DNA from: an uncultured beta proteobacterium
Lineage (GTDB): Bacteria; Pseudomonadota; Gammaproteobacteria; Burkholderiales; Burkholderiaceae_F
Direction of reading: 5' to 3'
Length of the DNA stretch: 64,000 nt
Assembly (NCBI GenBank): GCA_963781975.1
Contig: CAWAHT010000001.1
Location: 10,327 to 74,326, forward strand
The notes beneath the pieces were generated by a model. That model saw only the letters and a list, made by a program, of their open reading frames with translations, searched no databases and was not told where the DNA came from. Within the stretch, counting starts at the first letter, position 1. Each line of letters starts with the position of its first letter. A program made the position numbers and the translations under genes. Below, piece by piece: positions 39,659 through 50,471 of this stretch.

Positions 39659-40633
39659 ATGAGCGACGCCACCGCAACGCTGCGACTGATCGCCGACGTC
39701 GGCGGCACCTATGCCCGTTTCGCCCTGTCGCCGCGGCCCGGCACCTTCACCGCGGTCCGGGTGCCGGCCTGCCTGCAGTACCCCGGGATCGTCGAGGCCA
39801 TCGACGACTACCTCGACGGCGCAGGCCGGCCCGCGGTGCGCGATGGCGTCATCGCCATCGCCACCCCCGTGCTGGGCGACGCGGTGCGCATGACCAATCA
39901 CCCGTGGTCCTTTTCCGTCGAGGCGACGCGCCGCCAGTTGCGGCTGCGCACGCTGCTGGTCGTGAACGACTTCGCCGCACTGGCGATGGCGCTGCCGTTC
40001 CTGGGCGCGCACGAACTCAGGCGCCTGGACGCGCAGGCGCAGGGCCATCCGGGCGTCAAGGCCGTCGTGGGTCCCGGCACCGGGCTGGGCGTGGCCGGCC
40101 TGGTGCCCACGACGCAAGGCTGGCAGCCGGTGGCCACGGAAGGCGGGCACGCCAGCCTGGCGCCGGCGACGGCGCTGGAAGCCGAGATCCTGCAGCTGCT
40201 GTGGAAGACGTACGCGCACGTGTCGGCCGAGCGCCTGATATCGGGCATGGGCATCCCGCTGCTGTACCGCGCGCTGTGCACGATCGGCGGCAACCGGCCC
40301 GAAGCCGAGGGCGACGACGCGGCCGGCGTGGTGGCCCTGGCCGAGCGCGACGACGGTGCCGGCGCGCGCCAGGCGCTGGCCGTCTTTTCCGCGCTGCTGG
40401 GCGGCTTCGCGGGCAATGTCGCGCTGACCTTCGGCGCCACCGGCGGCCTGTACGTCGGCGGCGGTGTCGTGGGCAGGCTCGGGCGTCATTTCGACGTCGA
40501 CGCGTTCCGTGCGCGCTTCGTCGACAAGGGCCGCTTTGCGGCCTACCTCGAAGCGGTGCCCAATTACCTGATCCTGGCCGAGCAGCCGGCGTTCCTGGGC
40601 GCGGCCCAACTGCTCGAGCAGCATCTGGCCTAG
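39659..40633 (+). CDS. glk: Glucokinase
   Basis: ADVGGTYARFAL, MTNHPW, VNDFAA, GPGTGLG, EGGH, SAERLISG, FVDKGRF. Confidence 0.93.
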   Translation: MSDATATLRLIADVGGTYARFALSPRPGTFTAVRVPACLQYPGIVEAIDDYLDGAGRPAVRDGVIAIATPVLGDAVRMTNHPWSFSVEATRRQLRLRTLLVVNDFAALAMALPFLGAHELRRLDAQAQGHPGVKAVVGPGTGLGVAGLVPTTQGWQPVATEGGHASLAPATALEAEILQLLWKTYAHVSAERLISGMGIPLLYRALCTIGGNRPEAEGDDAAGVVALAERDDGAGARQALAVFSALLGGFAGNVALTFGATGGLYVGGGVVGRLGRHFDVDAFRARFVDKGRFAAYLEAVPNYLILAEQPAFLGAAQLLEQHLA

Positions 40634-40713
40634 GGACGGTCCGCGATCACGCCGGGACTCGTCGACGCGCATGGACTCCCCGTGCGCGCCATCAATCGAT
40701 CGTGGACCGCCCC
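40633..40713. terminator. Long imperfect inverted repeat between convergent glk and fghA
   Basis: GGGACGGTCCGCGATC ... GATCGTGGACCGCCCC (14/16 match) enclosing an inner GCGCATGG/CCGTGCGC hairpin. Confidence 0.45.
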
Positions 40714-40721
40714 CGGCCCCG

Positions 40722-41576
40722 CTACGGTGTCCCCAGCCCCAGCTGCCCGGCGTGCCAGCCGATGTGATCCTCGATGAAGCTCTGGATGAACCAGTACGAG
40801 TGGTCGTAGCCGGGATGGCGCCGCAGCGTCAGCGCCTGGCCGCTGGCGCCCGCCGCCTGCTCGAGCGCCTCCGGGTGCAGCTGGCTCTTCAGGAATGGAT
40901 CTTCCAGGCCCTGGTCGACCAGCACCGGCCCCGGATAGGCCCGGCGGCGCATCAGCACGCTGGCGTCATGCCCGGCCCAGGCCGCGGTATCGGCGCCCAG
41001 ATAGCCGTCGAACGCATTGCTGCCCCAGGGCACCGCCACCGGATTGCATATAGGAGCGAATGCCGACACGGACTGCCACGCGGACGGATCCTTCAAGGCG
41101 ATCGTGAGCGCGCCGTGACCGCCCATCGAGTGGCCGCAGATGCCGCGCCGGTGCGCCTGCACGGGAAAGGCGGACTCGATCCAGGCCGGCAATTCGCGCG
41201 CGACATACGCATGCATGCGGTAGTGGCGCGCCCAGGGATCCTGCGTCGCGTCGATGTAGAAGCCGGCGCCCAGACCGAAGTCCCAGTCGGCATCCTCGTC
41301 CGGCAGGCCGGCCCCGCGCGGGCTCGTATCGGGCGCCACCAGCGCCAGTCCCCAGCGCGCCGCCCAGCGCAGCGCACCGGCTTTCACCAGGAAGGTCTCC
41401 TCGTTGCAGGTCAGGCCGGCCAGGCAATAGAGCGCCGGCACCGGCCCGTGCGCCGCCTGCGGCGGCAGGAACACGCCGACGTTCATCGGCAGGCCGACCT
41501 GCGTCGACGGATGGGTGTAGAAGGCGATCCGCCCGCCGAAGGCGGCATGCTCGGCGCGCGGCTGCGGCGCGTTCAT
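40722..41576 (-). CDS. fghA: S-formylglutathione hydrolase
   Basis: [40 protein letters not shown]. Confidence 0.95.
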   Translation of the reverse strand: MNAPQPRAEHAAFGGRIAFYTHPSTQVGLPMNVGVFLPPQAAHGPVPALYCLAGLTCNEETFLVKAGALRWAARWGLALVAPDTSPRGAGLPDEDADWDFGLGAGFYIDATQDPWARHYRMHAYVARELPAWIESAFPVQAHRRGICGHSMGGHGALTIALKDPSAWQSVSAFAPICNPVAVPWGSNAFDGYLGADTAAWAGHDASVLMRRRAYPGPVLVDQGLEDPFLKSQLHPEALEQAAGASGQALTLRRHPGYDHSYWFIQSFIEDHIGWHAGQLGLGTP

Positions 41577-42685
41577 GCGTAGACGACCACGCTGCGGATC
41601 GACTCGCCGCGGGCCATGAGGTCGAAGCCGTCGTTGATCCGGTCCAGGCTGAGCGTATGCGTGATCAGGTCGTCGATGTTGATCTTGCCCTCCATGTACC
41701 AGTCGACGATGCGCGGCACGTCGCGGCGGCCGCGCGCCCCGCCGAAGGCCGACCCCTTCCACACCCGGCCGGTGACCAGCTGGAACGGGCGTGTCGAAAT
41801 CTCCCTGCCCGCCGCCGCAACGCCGATGATGACCGAGACGCCCCAGCCCCGATGGCAGCATTCGAGCGCCTGGCGCATCACGTCGGTGTTGCCGATGCAC
41901 TCGAAGCTGTAGTCGGCGCCGCCGCCGGTGAGTTCGACCAGGTGCGCCACCAGATCCTTGCCGTGGTCGCGCGGATCGACGAAATGGGTCATGCCGAAGC
42001 GGCGCGCCAGCGCCTCGCGTTGCGGATTGAGGTCCACGCCGACGATCATGTCCGCGCCCACCATGCGCGCCGCCTGCACCACGTTCAGGCCGATGCCGCC
42101 CAGGCCGAAGACCACCACCGTGGCGCCCGGCTCGACCTTGGCGGTGTAGATCACCGCGCCGATGCCGGTGGTCACGCCGCATCCGATGTAGCAGATCTTC
42201 TCGAACGGTGCGTCCTGGCGCACCTTGGCCAGCGCGATCTCGGGCAGCACGGTGAAGTTGGCAAATGTCGAGCAGCCCATGTAATGCAGGATGGGCCGGC
42301 CGCCCAGCGAGAAGCGGCTGGTGCCGTCGGGCAGGACGCCCCTGCCCTGGGTGGCGCGAATGGCGGTGCACAGGTTGGTCTTGCCCGACAGGCAGGCCTT
42401 GCACTGGCGGCACTCGGGCGTATACAGCGGGATGACGTGATCGCCCGGCCGCAGGCTGGTGACGCCGGTGCCGACGTCGACGACCACCCCGGCGCCCTCG
42501 TGCCCGAGAATGGCCGGGAAGAGCCCTTCGGGGTCGGCGCCCGACAGCGTGTACTTGTCGGTATGGCAGATGCCGGTGGCCTTGATCTCGACCAGGACCT
42601 CACCGGCGCGCGGCCCTTCCAGCTGGACGGTCTCGATACTCAGCGGCTTGCCCGCCTCCCACGCCACCGCTGCCCGCACGTCCAT
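41573..42685 (-). CDS. frmA: S-(hydroxymethyl)glutathione dehydrogenase / class III ADH
   Basis: [49 protein letters not shown]. Confidence 0.96.
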   Translation of the reverse strand: MDVRAAVAWEAGKPLSIETVQLEGPRAGEVLVEIKATGICHTDKYTLSGADPEGLFPAILGHEGAGVVVDVGTGVTSLRPGDHVIPLYTPECRQCKACLSGKTNLCTAIRATQGRGVLPDGTSRFSLGGRPILHYMGCSTFANFTVLPEIALAKVRQDAPFEKICYIGCGVTTGIGAVIYTAKVEPGATVVVFGLGGIGLNVVQAARMVGADMIVGVDLNPQREALARRFGMTHFVDPRDHGKDLVAHLVELTGGGADYSFECIGNTDVMRQALECCHRGWGVSVIIGVAAAGREISTRPFQLVTGRVWKGSAFGGARGRRDVPRIVDWYMEGKINIDDLITHTLSLDRINDGFDLMARGESIRSVVVYA

Positions 42686-42850
42686 GGTCCGCGTCCCGAT
42701 CCCGAGTTGTCATGAAAGGCCGTGGCGCAGTTTATCGGCTTTGGCCGCACCGGCGCAGCGACCGCACCCGGGAAGCCTGGGCGCCGGCTCTACAATGGCG
42801 GCAGCCTGCGCGCGCCGGCCGCGGAGGCCGTTTTGACATCCGGGCCCGAC

Positions 42851-44026
42851 ATGCACCTGCACCAGGGATTTGCCGCGGCGATCGACGCGTTGCTCGACGC
42901 CGCCATCGATGCCGGCGACGCTCCGGGCGCGGTCGTTGCCGTGACGGACCGCCAGGGCGTGATCTACCAGGCCGCCCGGGGCGTGGCCTCCCAGTCCGGG
43001 CCGCGGCCCATGCGCACTGACAGCGTCGTCTGGATCGCCTCGATGACCAAGGCGCTGGTGAGCGCCGCCGCGCTGCAACTGGTGGAGCGCGGCCAGGTGG
43101 GCCTGGACGAACCGCTGGCGGCGCGGGTGCCGGCGCTGGGCGATGCCGGCGTGCTCACGGGCTTCGACCCGGCCGGGCAGCCGATCACACGCGCACCGGC
43201 GACGCCCGTGACGCTGCAGCACCTGCTCACCCACACCGCGGGCTTCGGCTACGAATACTGGAGCGCGCAGGTGCAGCAGGTGCACCGGGCGCAGTCGCTG
43301 CCCGGCATCGCCACGTGCCGCGCGGCCGCGCTGCGTGCGCCGCTGCTGTTCGACCCGGGCACGCGCTGGGAGTACGGCATCGGCACCGACTGGCTCGGCA
43401 GGGTCATCGAGGCGCTGAGCGGCCGTTCACTGGGCCGGTACCTGCGCGACGAACTGCTGGGGCCGCTGGGCATGCACGACACGGCCTTTCGCCTCGACGC
43501 ACGCCTGCAGGAGCGCCTGGCCAGCGTGCATCGGCGCAACGCCGACGGCTCCTGGCGCGCGACCAACGTCCTGGTGCCGCAGGAACCCGAGTTCGAGATG
43601 GGCGGCGGCGGGCTGTATGGGACCGCCGCCGATTACCTGGCTTTCGTGCGCATGATCCTCAACCGGGGCCGGGGCCCTGGCGGCGCCGTGCTGACGCCGG
43701 ACAGCGTCGCCGCGATGATGCGCAACCAGACCGGCGACCTGACCATCCGCGCGCTGGCCAGCGTGCAGCCGGGCGCTGCCGGCGACCTCGATTTCTTCCC
43801 CGGGCTGCCCAAGCACTTCGGCTACGGATTCTTGCTCACGGCGGCGCCGGCGCCGTCCGGTCTGCCGGCCGCAAGCCTGCTGTGGGCGGGGCTGGCCAAT
43901 ACCTACTTCTGGATCGATCCGGGCAACGGGATCGGCGCGGTGGTGCTGAGCCAGCTGCTGCCGTTCGCCGACCCGCGCGCGCTCGGATTGTTCCTGCGCG
44001 TGCAGGCCGCGATGTACGGCGCCTAG
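42851..44026 (+). CDS. Serine hydrolase, beta-lactamase/class C esterase family (LovD-like)
   Basis: IASMTK (SxxK), LLTHTAG, PLLFDPGTRWEYG, GGGGLYGT, WAGLANTYFWID. Confidence 0.9.
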   Translation: MHLHQGFAAAIDALLDAAIDAGDAPGAVVAVTDRQGVIYQAARGVASQSGPRPMRTDSVVWIASMTKALVSAAALQLVERGQVGLDEPLAARVPALGDAGVLTGFDPAGQPITRAPATPVTLQHLLTHTAGFGYEYWSAQVQQVHRAQSLPGIATCRAAALRAPLLFDPGTRWEYGIGTDWLGRVIEALSGRSLGRYLRDELLGPLGMHDTAFRLDARLQERLASVHRRNADGSWRATNVLVPQEPEFEMGGGGLYGTAADYLAFVRMILNRGRGPGGAVLTPDSVAAMMRNQTGDLTIRALASVQPGAAGDLDFFPGLPKHFGYGFLLTAAPAPSGLPAASLLWAGLANTYFWIDPGNGIGAVVLSQLLPFADPRALGLFLRVQAAMYGA

Positions 44027-45420
44027 GCGTGGGTCCGGTTGCCTTCCAGGCCCGGGCGCACGCCGTGCTGGCGGCGCAGGCCAAGCGCGACGACCATCAT
44101 CAGCAGCATCGCCGCGGCAACGACGGCGTAGGCGATGGCCAGACCGTGCGCCGCGCCGCCGTTGAAATCGGCGATCGCGCCGATGCAGGCGGCTGACAGC
44201 AGCGTGCCGATGCTGCTGCACAGGTTGATCAGGCCCTGCGCCGAACCGCGCACCGCCGCCGGCGCCTCGTCGATGGCGATCGAGCGCAAGGCGCCGCCCA
44301 CGACGATGCCGATGCCCAGGCCCACCGGGACGCTGAACGCCAGGAAGCCCCACAGGCCCAGCGCGAGCAGCGCCGTGCCGCCATAGCCGATCGCCATCAG
44401 CGCAAAGCCGGCCAGGATGAGATTGCGCGGGCCGTCGACATTGAGGCGGCGCCCGGCGCCGACCGACCCCAGCATCGAGCACAGCACGAGGGGCAGCAGC
44501 GCGAATCCGCCATTGCTGGGCGCGACGCCGTGGGCCAGCGTCGCGATCGATGTCAGGAAGGCGACTGCGCCCATGCCGAATCCGGCGCCGGTGGTGAGCA
44601 CGTAGGTGCTGGCCAGCTGGCGATTGGAAAACAGCGCCAGCGGCACGACCGGCTGGCGCGCACGCCGCTCGAGCGCGATGAAGACCGCCAGCAGCACGGC
44701 CGCCGCGCCCAGCAGCGCAGGCCAGAGCGTGGCGCCGGCCAGCGGATCGACGACCCGGGTCAGGCCGAGGACCAGCGCGACAAGCAGCAGGAACAGGCCG
44801 ACCATGCCGCCCAGGTCGAGCGGCGCGGGACCGGCCGGCGGGCGTCCGGCCGGCAGCGCACGCCCTCCCAGGTACAGGACGAGCGCGGCGATCGGCAGGT
44901 TGAGCAGGAAGATCCAGTGCCAGCTCGCCAGCAGCATCAGCACCGTGGCCAACGGCGGCCCGACGACGAAGGCCATGCCGTAGGTGGCGCCCACCAGGCC
45001 GAGGACGCGGCCGCGCCGCTCCGGGGCAAAGGCATCGCCGATGATGGCGCTGGCCGTCGGCATCAGGCCGCCCGCGCCGATTCCCTGGATGACGCGCCCG
45101 ACCAGGATCATCCAGAAACCGGTCGAGGCCGCGATCAGCAGCGAGCCCAGCGCGAATACGGCCACGCACGCCAGGTAGACCGGCCGGCGGCCGAGCCGAT
45201 CGCCGAGGTTGGCCATCAGCACCGTGCTGGGCATGGAGCCGAGGATGAAGATGACGGTTACCAGGCTGATCTGGCGATTGTCCACCCCGAACGCCACGCG
45301 CAGCGCGGGGATCGCCGGGCCGATGACGGCGGTATCGAGCGCCGACATGAAGACGCCGACGAAGAGCGCGGTGAGCAGCCGGCGGGACGCGGGATCGGAA
45401 GCGGGGGAGTCTGGACGCAC
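44023..45420 (-). CDS. MFS drug-efflux-type transporter (start may be as far up as 45543)
   Basis: FMSALD, GDRLGRR, GRVIQGIGAG, GPPL, WHWIFLLNLP, DLGG. Confidence 0.88.
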   Translation of the reverse strand: MRPDSPASDPASRRLLTALFVGVFMSALDTAVIGPAIPALRVAFGVDNRQISLVTVIFILGSMPSTVLMANLGDRLGRRPVYLACVAVFALGSLLIAASTGFWMILVGRVIQGIGAGGLMPTASAIIGDAFAPERRGRVLGLVGATYGMAFVVGPPLATVLMLLASWHWIFLLNLPIAALVLYLGGRALPAGRPPAGPAPLDLGGMVGLFLLLVALVLGLTRVVDPLAGATLWPALLGAAAVLLAVFIALERRARQPVVPLALFSNRQLASTYVLTTGAGFGMGAVAFLTSIATLAHGVAPSNGGFALLPLVLCSMLGSVGAGRRLNVDGPRNLILAGFALMAIGYGGTALLALGLWGFLAFSVPVGLGIGIVVGGALRSIAIDEAPAAVRGSAQGLINLCSSIGTLLSAACIGAIADFNGGAAHGLAIAYAVVAAAMLLMMVVALGLRRQHGVRPGLEGNRTHA

Positions 45421-45564
45421 GGTGCCAATGACGGGGGAATTGACCAGGGGCAGGAATCGGTGCCGGTGCGGCGCTGGCGCCGCACCGCGTTCGAACGGGC
45501 AAACCGGCCTGCGCCGCCATCCACCCGGCCGCGATTCTGGCACAAATGCCCGCCGGGCCGCCGG

Positions 45565-47944
45565 CTACCGGCGCAGGCGCATGCGCCGGAACAGCGCCAC
45601 CTTGACGGCATCGACCAGCACGAGATAGGGCAGCAGGAGCGCGGCCAGCGCCGCGATCAGGCGGATCGGCACGGGCGCCATCAGGATGCCGCCGGCAGCC
45701 ATCAGGCTGACGATGACGATATCGACCAGCGACGCCAGCAGCAGGCGGCGACTGGGCATCGATTGCCAGAAATGGCCGCGCTCGCGCACCAGGTAGACCA
45801 TGCCCTGGCCGGAAAAAACCAGCAGCAGGAACACCAGCGTCTGCGTCTGCGCCAGGCCGAGGCCGAGCCCGGCGCGCGCGGCATGGAACAGGCCGAACGA
45901 CAGCACGAGCTGGCACGCGGCGATCGCGCCCCCGGCGAGCATCAGCTGGCGGATATGCCAGCGGTCGGGATGCCTCGAATAGGAAACGCGATCGGTGGCG
46001 ATCGCCATGGTGACGAAATCATTCGTAAAGAGCAGCAGCACGATCAGCATCGGCGTGATGACGAAGGTGCCCGTCAGCATCAGGCCAAGGGAAAGGAAGA
46101 ACGCGATCTCCAGCGTCTTGATGATCTTGTTGAGCGTGTAGGTGAGCATGCGCTGGTGGATCTGCCGGCTGGTGCGCACGGCGGCCAGGATGTCGCCCAG
46201 GCCGGCATTGGTCAGCACCAGGCTGGCCGCCGCCTTGGCCACGTCGGTGGCGTCGGCGACCGCGATCCCGACTTCGGCCTGGCGCAGCGCCGGCGCATCG
46301 TTCACGCCATCGCCGGTCATGCCGGTGACATGGCCGGCGCGCTGCAGCGTCTGCACCAGGACGAAACTTGTCCTGCGGCAGGACGCCGGCATAGACGTCG
46401 CACGACGGCTCGGCGCCGGGTCCGCTGCGCAATACGTCGGCGCTGCAGGCGCGGCTGCCGATGCCGACGGCGGCCGCGACCGCCCGCGCGGTTGCCAGGC
46501 CGTCCCCGGTGATCATGAGCGCGCGCACGCCGATCGCCCGCAGTTGCTCGATCACCTGCGCGACGCCCGGCCGGGGCGGGTCCTGCAGCGCCACCAGGCC
46601 GACGAATTCGAGCGCGCTGCCGCCCCCCTGCGCAACGCCCAGGACCCGGTAGCCGCCGGCCGCCAGCCGCTGCACGGCCGCATCGGTATCGGGCCGCCCG
46701 GCGCAGAGCGCGGCGATCGCCGGCGGCGCTCCCTTGAGAACGCGCCAGGGGCCGGCCGCCTCGCGGTAGACCGACTCGGAGCGCTTGCTCTGCGGGTCGA
46801 AAGGGATCGTCGTCGTGCGCGGCGGCAGATCCTGCAGCAGCCCGCGCGCGCCGGCGGCCGCCAGCAGTGCCAGATCGATGGGGTCCTGCGTGGCGTCGTC
46901 GCTGGCCAGCGCCGCGCAGCGCAGCAGCCGCTCGTCGGTCTGGCCGGGCCAGGGCTGCAGGCCGGCCAGCGCCAGCCGGTTCTGCGTGATCGTGCCGGTC
47001 TTGTCGCAGGCGAGCACGTCCATTGCCGCCGCCTCTTCGATGGCCGACAGCCGCGTCACCAGCACGCCGTGCGCGGCCAGTTCGCGCGCGCCCAGCGCCG
47101 TGGCCAGCGTGAACGTGGCCGGCAGCGCCACCGGGACCGACGCCACGAGCAGGATCAGCGCGAAGGGCACGACCTGGGCGAGCGGCAGCGCCGCGACCAT
47201 CGCGTATATCAGCAGTGCGCCCACCAGCACGGCATCGAGCGCGATCAGGTAGCGCACGATGGCAAGGATCGTGCTCTGCAGGTGGCTCGCCGCACCGGCG
47301 GTTCGCACCAGCTCGGCCGTCCGGCCGAAGAACGTACGTGTGCCGGTTGCCGTGATCTCGCCGGTGGCTTCGCCATGGCGGACCATCGATCCGGCATAGG
47401 CCAGCGCACCGCTGCCGGCCGCCGCCGGGGCCGACTCGCCTGTCAGCGTGGAAAGGTCCAGCTGCACCATGCCGTCGGACAGGCGCACGTCCGCCGGGAC
47501 CAGGTCGCCCGCGCGCAGGTGGATGAGATCGCCCGGAACCAGCAGCGGCGCCGGCACGAGTTGCCAGCGGCCGTCGCGGCGCACCCGTCCCTGGATCGCC
47601 AGGCGCGACTTGAGCAGCGCGAGGGCCTCGTTGGCGCGGCCTTCCTGCAGCACGCCCATGGCGGCATTGATCATCAGCAGGATCGCGATGGTGCCCGCCT
47701 CCAGCGTCTTGCCCAGCGTCAATTGCAGCGCGATGACCGCTTCGAGCATCCACGGCACCGGGCCCCACAGCTTGCGCAGCAGATCGCGCCAGGGCCGGCG
47801 CGGCGCATCGGCAACCGTATTGGGGCCGTGCGCGCGCAGCGCCGCGTCGGCCTGGGCGCTCGACAGGCCCGCCGGCGCCGTGCGCCCGGCATCCGCCGCC
47901 GCATCCACCCCATCCCGCGCCGCGCCGGGCGGCGTCGCGCTCAC
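45565..47944 (-). CDS. P-type ATPase, plasma-membrane H+-efflux (type IIIA) family; one frameshift near 46365
   Basis: WGPVPWMLE, LTGES, VPVALPA, CDKTGT, KGAP, DPPR, TGDGVNDAPAL, NDFVTMAIATD; GTG overlaps the upstream stop. Confidence 0.9.
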
Positions 47945-49323
47945 GGCGGGCCGGCGTCGGCCGCCGCCGCAACCGGCGCCGTACCCGACGCCGCCAGATA
48001 GGGTGCCGCCAGCCCGGCATCGAAAACGGGTGCAAACCCTCCGCCGGGCGTACGAAAGTTCGTGGTCTGCCCGCGGTACAGCCGGGCCGCGGTCGATTGC
48101 ACCTGGCCGTCGTACGTGTACAGGCGGACGTCGAACTTCAGGACCGGGAATTCGGCCGCATCGGCGATGACGCGCTCGCCGGGCGGTACGAGATCCTGGG
48201 CCACGTAATCGCCGGCGAGCACCTCCTGCCATACGCGCTGCGTAAGCTTGTCGCCGCGGTAGGCGGCCCGGCTGCCGAAGCCGGCGATGGGCTTGAAGAA
48301 CAGGTGCCGGCGCGCGCCCCACAGTTCGGCGGCATTGTCCGCAGTGACGCAGCGGGTGCGCGGGATCGCGGCCAGCAGGACCTCCCGGACCGGCGCGGGC
48401 ACGGCGATTTCATCGAGCGCGCGCGGGTCGCTCAGCAAGGCCAGGTTGCGCTTGTTGGCATACAGCGCGTACGCCAGCGGATGCGGCGTGACCACCACCT
48501 CGCCGGCGACGTGCGCGTCGCGCAGTACCGCATTGGCGGGCGCCTCGAGCAGGAAGTCGGTCAGGCGGTTGTAGACCAGGTCGATGGCGCTGTCGCCGTG
48601 ACGGAGCCGGCCGCCCGCGCGCGTCAATGCCGCCGGATCGGCGATCAGCGTCCGGATCCCGTGGCGCTCGAACAGCTGCTGGAACAGCAGGAACTCGGGA
48701 TAGAGGTACTGGCCCGGCGGATCGGCATCGACGATGGCAAGCGTGCGCAGCGGGCGGCCCGGGTGCTCGAGCTCCCACTCGTGCCGGAACATGGCGACGA
48801 TGCGTTCTTCGAGCGCGTCGACCGACGCCTGCGGCGGCACCATCGGCTCCATCTGCGGGCAGCACGCCCGTTGCGCCCGCGCCAGGACCGCATTGAGCAT
48901 CGCCCCGCCGGCATTCGTGTTGATCTCGATGAGCCCGGGCGTGCCGGCATTGACGTGGAAGTCGAAGCCGAGGAACACGCCCCTGGCGCCCGCATGACCG
49001 GCGCGCACGCTGGCGGGGGCCCCTGCCAGGACCCGCGCGCGGTACGCCGGCAGCGCGACCACCGCTTCGACCGCCTGCACGAGCTGGCGCATGCGCGCCA
49101 GTTGTGCCGAGGATATGAAGACCGGCTGCAGGGCGAACACGTGCGGACAACGCTGCTGCAGCATCTCGTACAGGCCCGGCTGGCCCACCTGCGCCCGCAG
49201 GCGCGCGCGCAGCGCGTCCGCATCGAGGGTGACGCAGAAGCACTCGCGATTGAGCCGCTCGATCGCAATGGGCCCCGGTGGCGGGGCCGGCGGCGGGGAC
49301 TGCTCGAGCGCGGCGTTTGGCAT
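47941..49323 (-). CDS. Uncharacterised ATP-grasp-like ligase (circularly permuted / glutathione-synthetase-like)
   Basis: GFDFH..LIEINTNAGG (ExN), DLVYNR, NKRNL, FFKP..GFGS, YVAQ, KFDVRLY, TTNF..GGG. Confidence 0.7.
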   Translation of the reverse strand: MPNAALEQSPPPAPPPGPIAIERLNRECFCVTLDADALRARLRAQVGQPGLYEMLQQRCPHVFALQPVFISSAQLARMRQLVQAVEAVVALPAYRARVLAGAPASVRAGHAGARGVFLGFDFHVNAGTPGLIEINTNAGGAMLNAVLARAQRACCPQMEPMVPPQASVDALEERIVAMFRHEWELEHPGRPLRTLAIVDADPPGQYLYPEFLLFQQLFERHGIRTLIADPAALTRAGGRLRHGDSAIDLVYNRLTDFLLEAPANAVLRDAHVAGEVVVTPHPLAYALYANKRNLALLSDPRALDEIAVPAPVREVLLAAIPRTRCVTADNAAELWGARRHLFFKPIAGFGSRAAYRGDKLTQRVWQEVLAGDYVAQDLVPPGERVIADAAEFPVLKFDVRLYTYDGQVQSTAARLYRGQTTNFRTPGGGFAPVFDAGLAAPYLAASGTAPVAAAADAGPP

Positions 49324-49374
49324 GGCGGGTTCCCGGACTCCGGTGCCAGCTTACGGCAGGCAGCGGCGCGCGGC

Positions 49375-49388
49375 TTGGCCTGGATCAG
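49375..49388 (-). promoter_or_regulatory. FNR/FixK-like box upstream of the ATP-grasp gene
   Basis: TTGGC-CTGG-ATCAG (7/10 to TTGAT-N4-ATCAA), 52 bp from ATG 49323. Confidence 0.45.
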
Positions 49389-49458
49389 CCCCGCCGCCCG
49401 CGCCGCCGTCGGCCAAATGATAAGCGCGTGCCGTTCGCGCGGGCCGATTGCGCGTTTG

Positions 49459-49472
49459 CTGCGCGATATCAA
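49459..49472 (+). promoter_or_regulatory. FNR/FixK-like box upstream of the membrane-protein and Hsp20 genes
   Basis: CTGCG-CGAT-ATCAA, one perfect half-site. Confidence 0.45.
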
Positions 49473-49548
49473 TATCGGCGCCGGGCACGGTGCCACGATC
49501 TGGCGCATGCGGTACCGGCCAAAGCCGGATTTGAGAGAGGAGGCCATC

Positions 49549-49938
49549 ATGCCTTCCCGCGGTGTCCGCCGCGTCGCGCTGCTGCTGGGCCTGGGTTGCC
49601 TGGCCGTTGGCCTGGCGTCGCTGGGATACGAGTACGCCACGCACCGCGTGGGCTATTTCGTCGAAATGACCCTGCCGGTCGGTACGGTGATCGACGGCGG
49701 GCACGCGGTACTGCCCGACAGCCGTACCGTCGAACTGGCCGGCCCCGCCGATGCTGCGGCACCGCCCACGGCGGCCGGCCCCGACGCCGCGCCGGTACGC
49801 GTCGTCGAGCTCAACATCCGGCCCTGGCTGCTGGCGATCGCCATCGGCGTCCCGCTGATAGGCCTTATCGGTCTCGAGGCCATCGCCGCGGCGGCCGGCT
49901 GGGCATTGCGCGGCTTCGACAAATCTGCGGCACGCTGA
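49549..49938 (+). CDS. Hypothetical two-TM membrane protein
   Basis: GAGGAGG RBS; N- and C-terminal hydrophobic helices around a short loop. Confidence 0.7.
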   Translation: MPSRGVRRVALLLGLGCLAVGLASLGYEYATHRVGYFVEMTLPVGTVIDGGHAVLPDSRTVELAGPADAAAPPTAAGPDAAPVRVVELNIRPWLLAIAIGVPLIGLIGLEAIAAAAGWALRGFDKSAAR

Positions 49939-49993
49939 GCGCCGGCAGCGAACCATCGTTACGACTCAGGCAATCCATCACGGGAGCAGGAAA

Positions 49994-50419
49994 ATGAACC
50001 AGGTACAGCTCTTCGAGCCATTCTCGTCCGAGGTCTTGAACGATTTCTTCAAGGGGGTCATCCGTCCGCTGCAGTTCGAATTCGCCAACCTGGCTCCATC
50101 CATCCGGGTCGAGGTCAGCGAGAAGGACGATGCCTACCACGTCCGCGCGGAGGTGCCGGGGGTGCGCAAGGAGGACATCAAGGTCAAGATCGACGGCGAT
50201 CGCGTTTCGATCAGCGCGGAGGCGAAGAAGGAGGAAAGCGAGAAGAATCACGGCAAGGTGATCCGCTCCGAGTTCCAGTACGGCGTGACCAGCCGCACCA
50301 TCGGATTGGGCGGCGACGTCGACGCGGCAAAGGCGACCGCATCCTATGCCGACGGGGTGCTGGACCTCGACCTGCCCAAGCTGCCCTCCGCGGGCGCCCG
50401 CAACCTGACGATCCAGTAA
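49994..50419 (+). CDS. Hsp20/alpha-crystallin small heat-shock protein
   Basis: AEVPGVRKEDIKV, RSEFQYG, ASYADGVLDLDLPK. Confidence 0.95.
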   Translation: MNQVQLFEPFSSEVLNDFFKGVIRPLQFEFANLAPSIRVEVSEKDDAYHVRAEVPGVRKEDIKVKIDGDRVSISAEAKKEESEKNHGKVIRSEFQYGVTSRTIGLGGDVDAAKATASYADGVLDLDLPKLPSAGARNLTIQ

Positions 50420-50420
50420 A

Positions 50421-50451
50421 ACGAAAAACCGGCGCGCGGCGCGCGCGCCGG
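50421..50451 (-). terminator. Rho-independent terminator between convergent Hsp20 and CBS genes
   Basis: CCGGCGCGCG-GCG-CGCGCGCCGG stem preceded by an A-run (U-tract on the minus strand). Confidence 0.7.
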
Positions 50452-50471
50452 CACTCCCCCGCCATCCGGCG

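Noticed and set aside
42851-44026. Beta-lactam resistance gene
   Set aside because: No signal peptide or KTG triad; motifs fit cytoplasmic family VIII esterase / LovD-like hydrolases.
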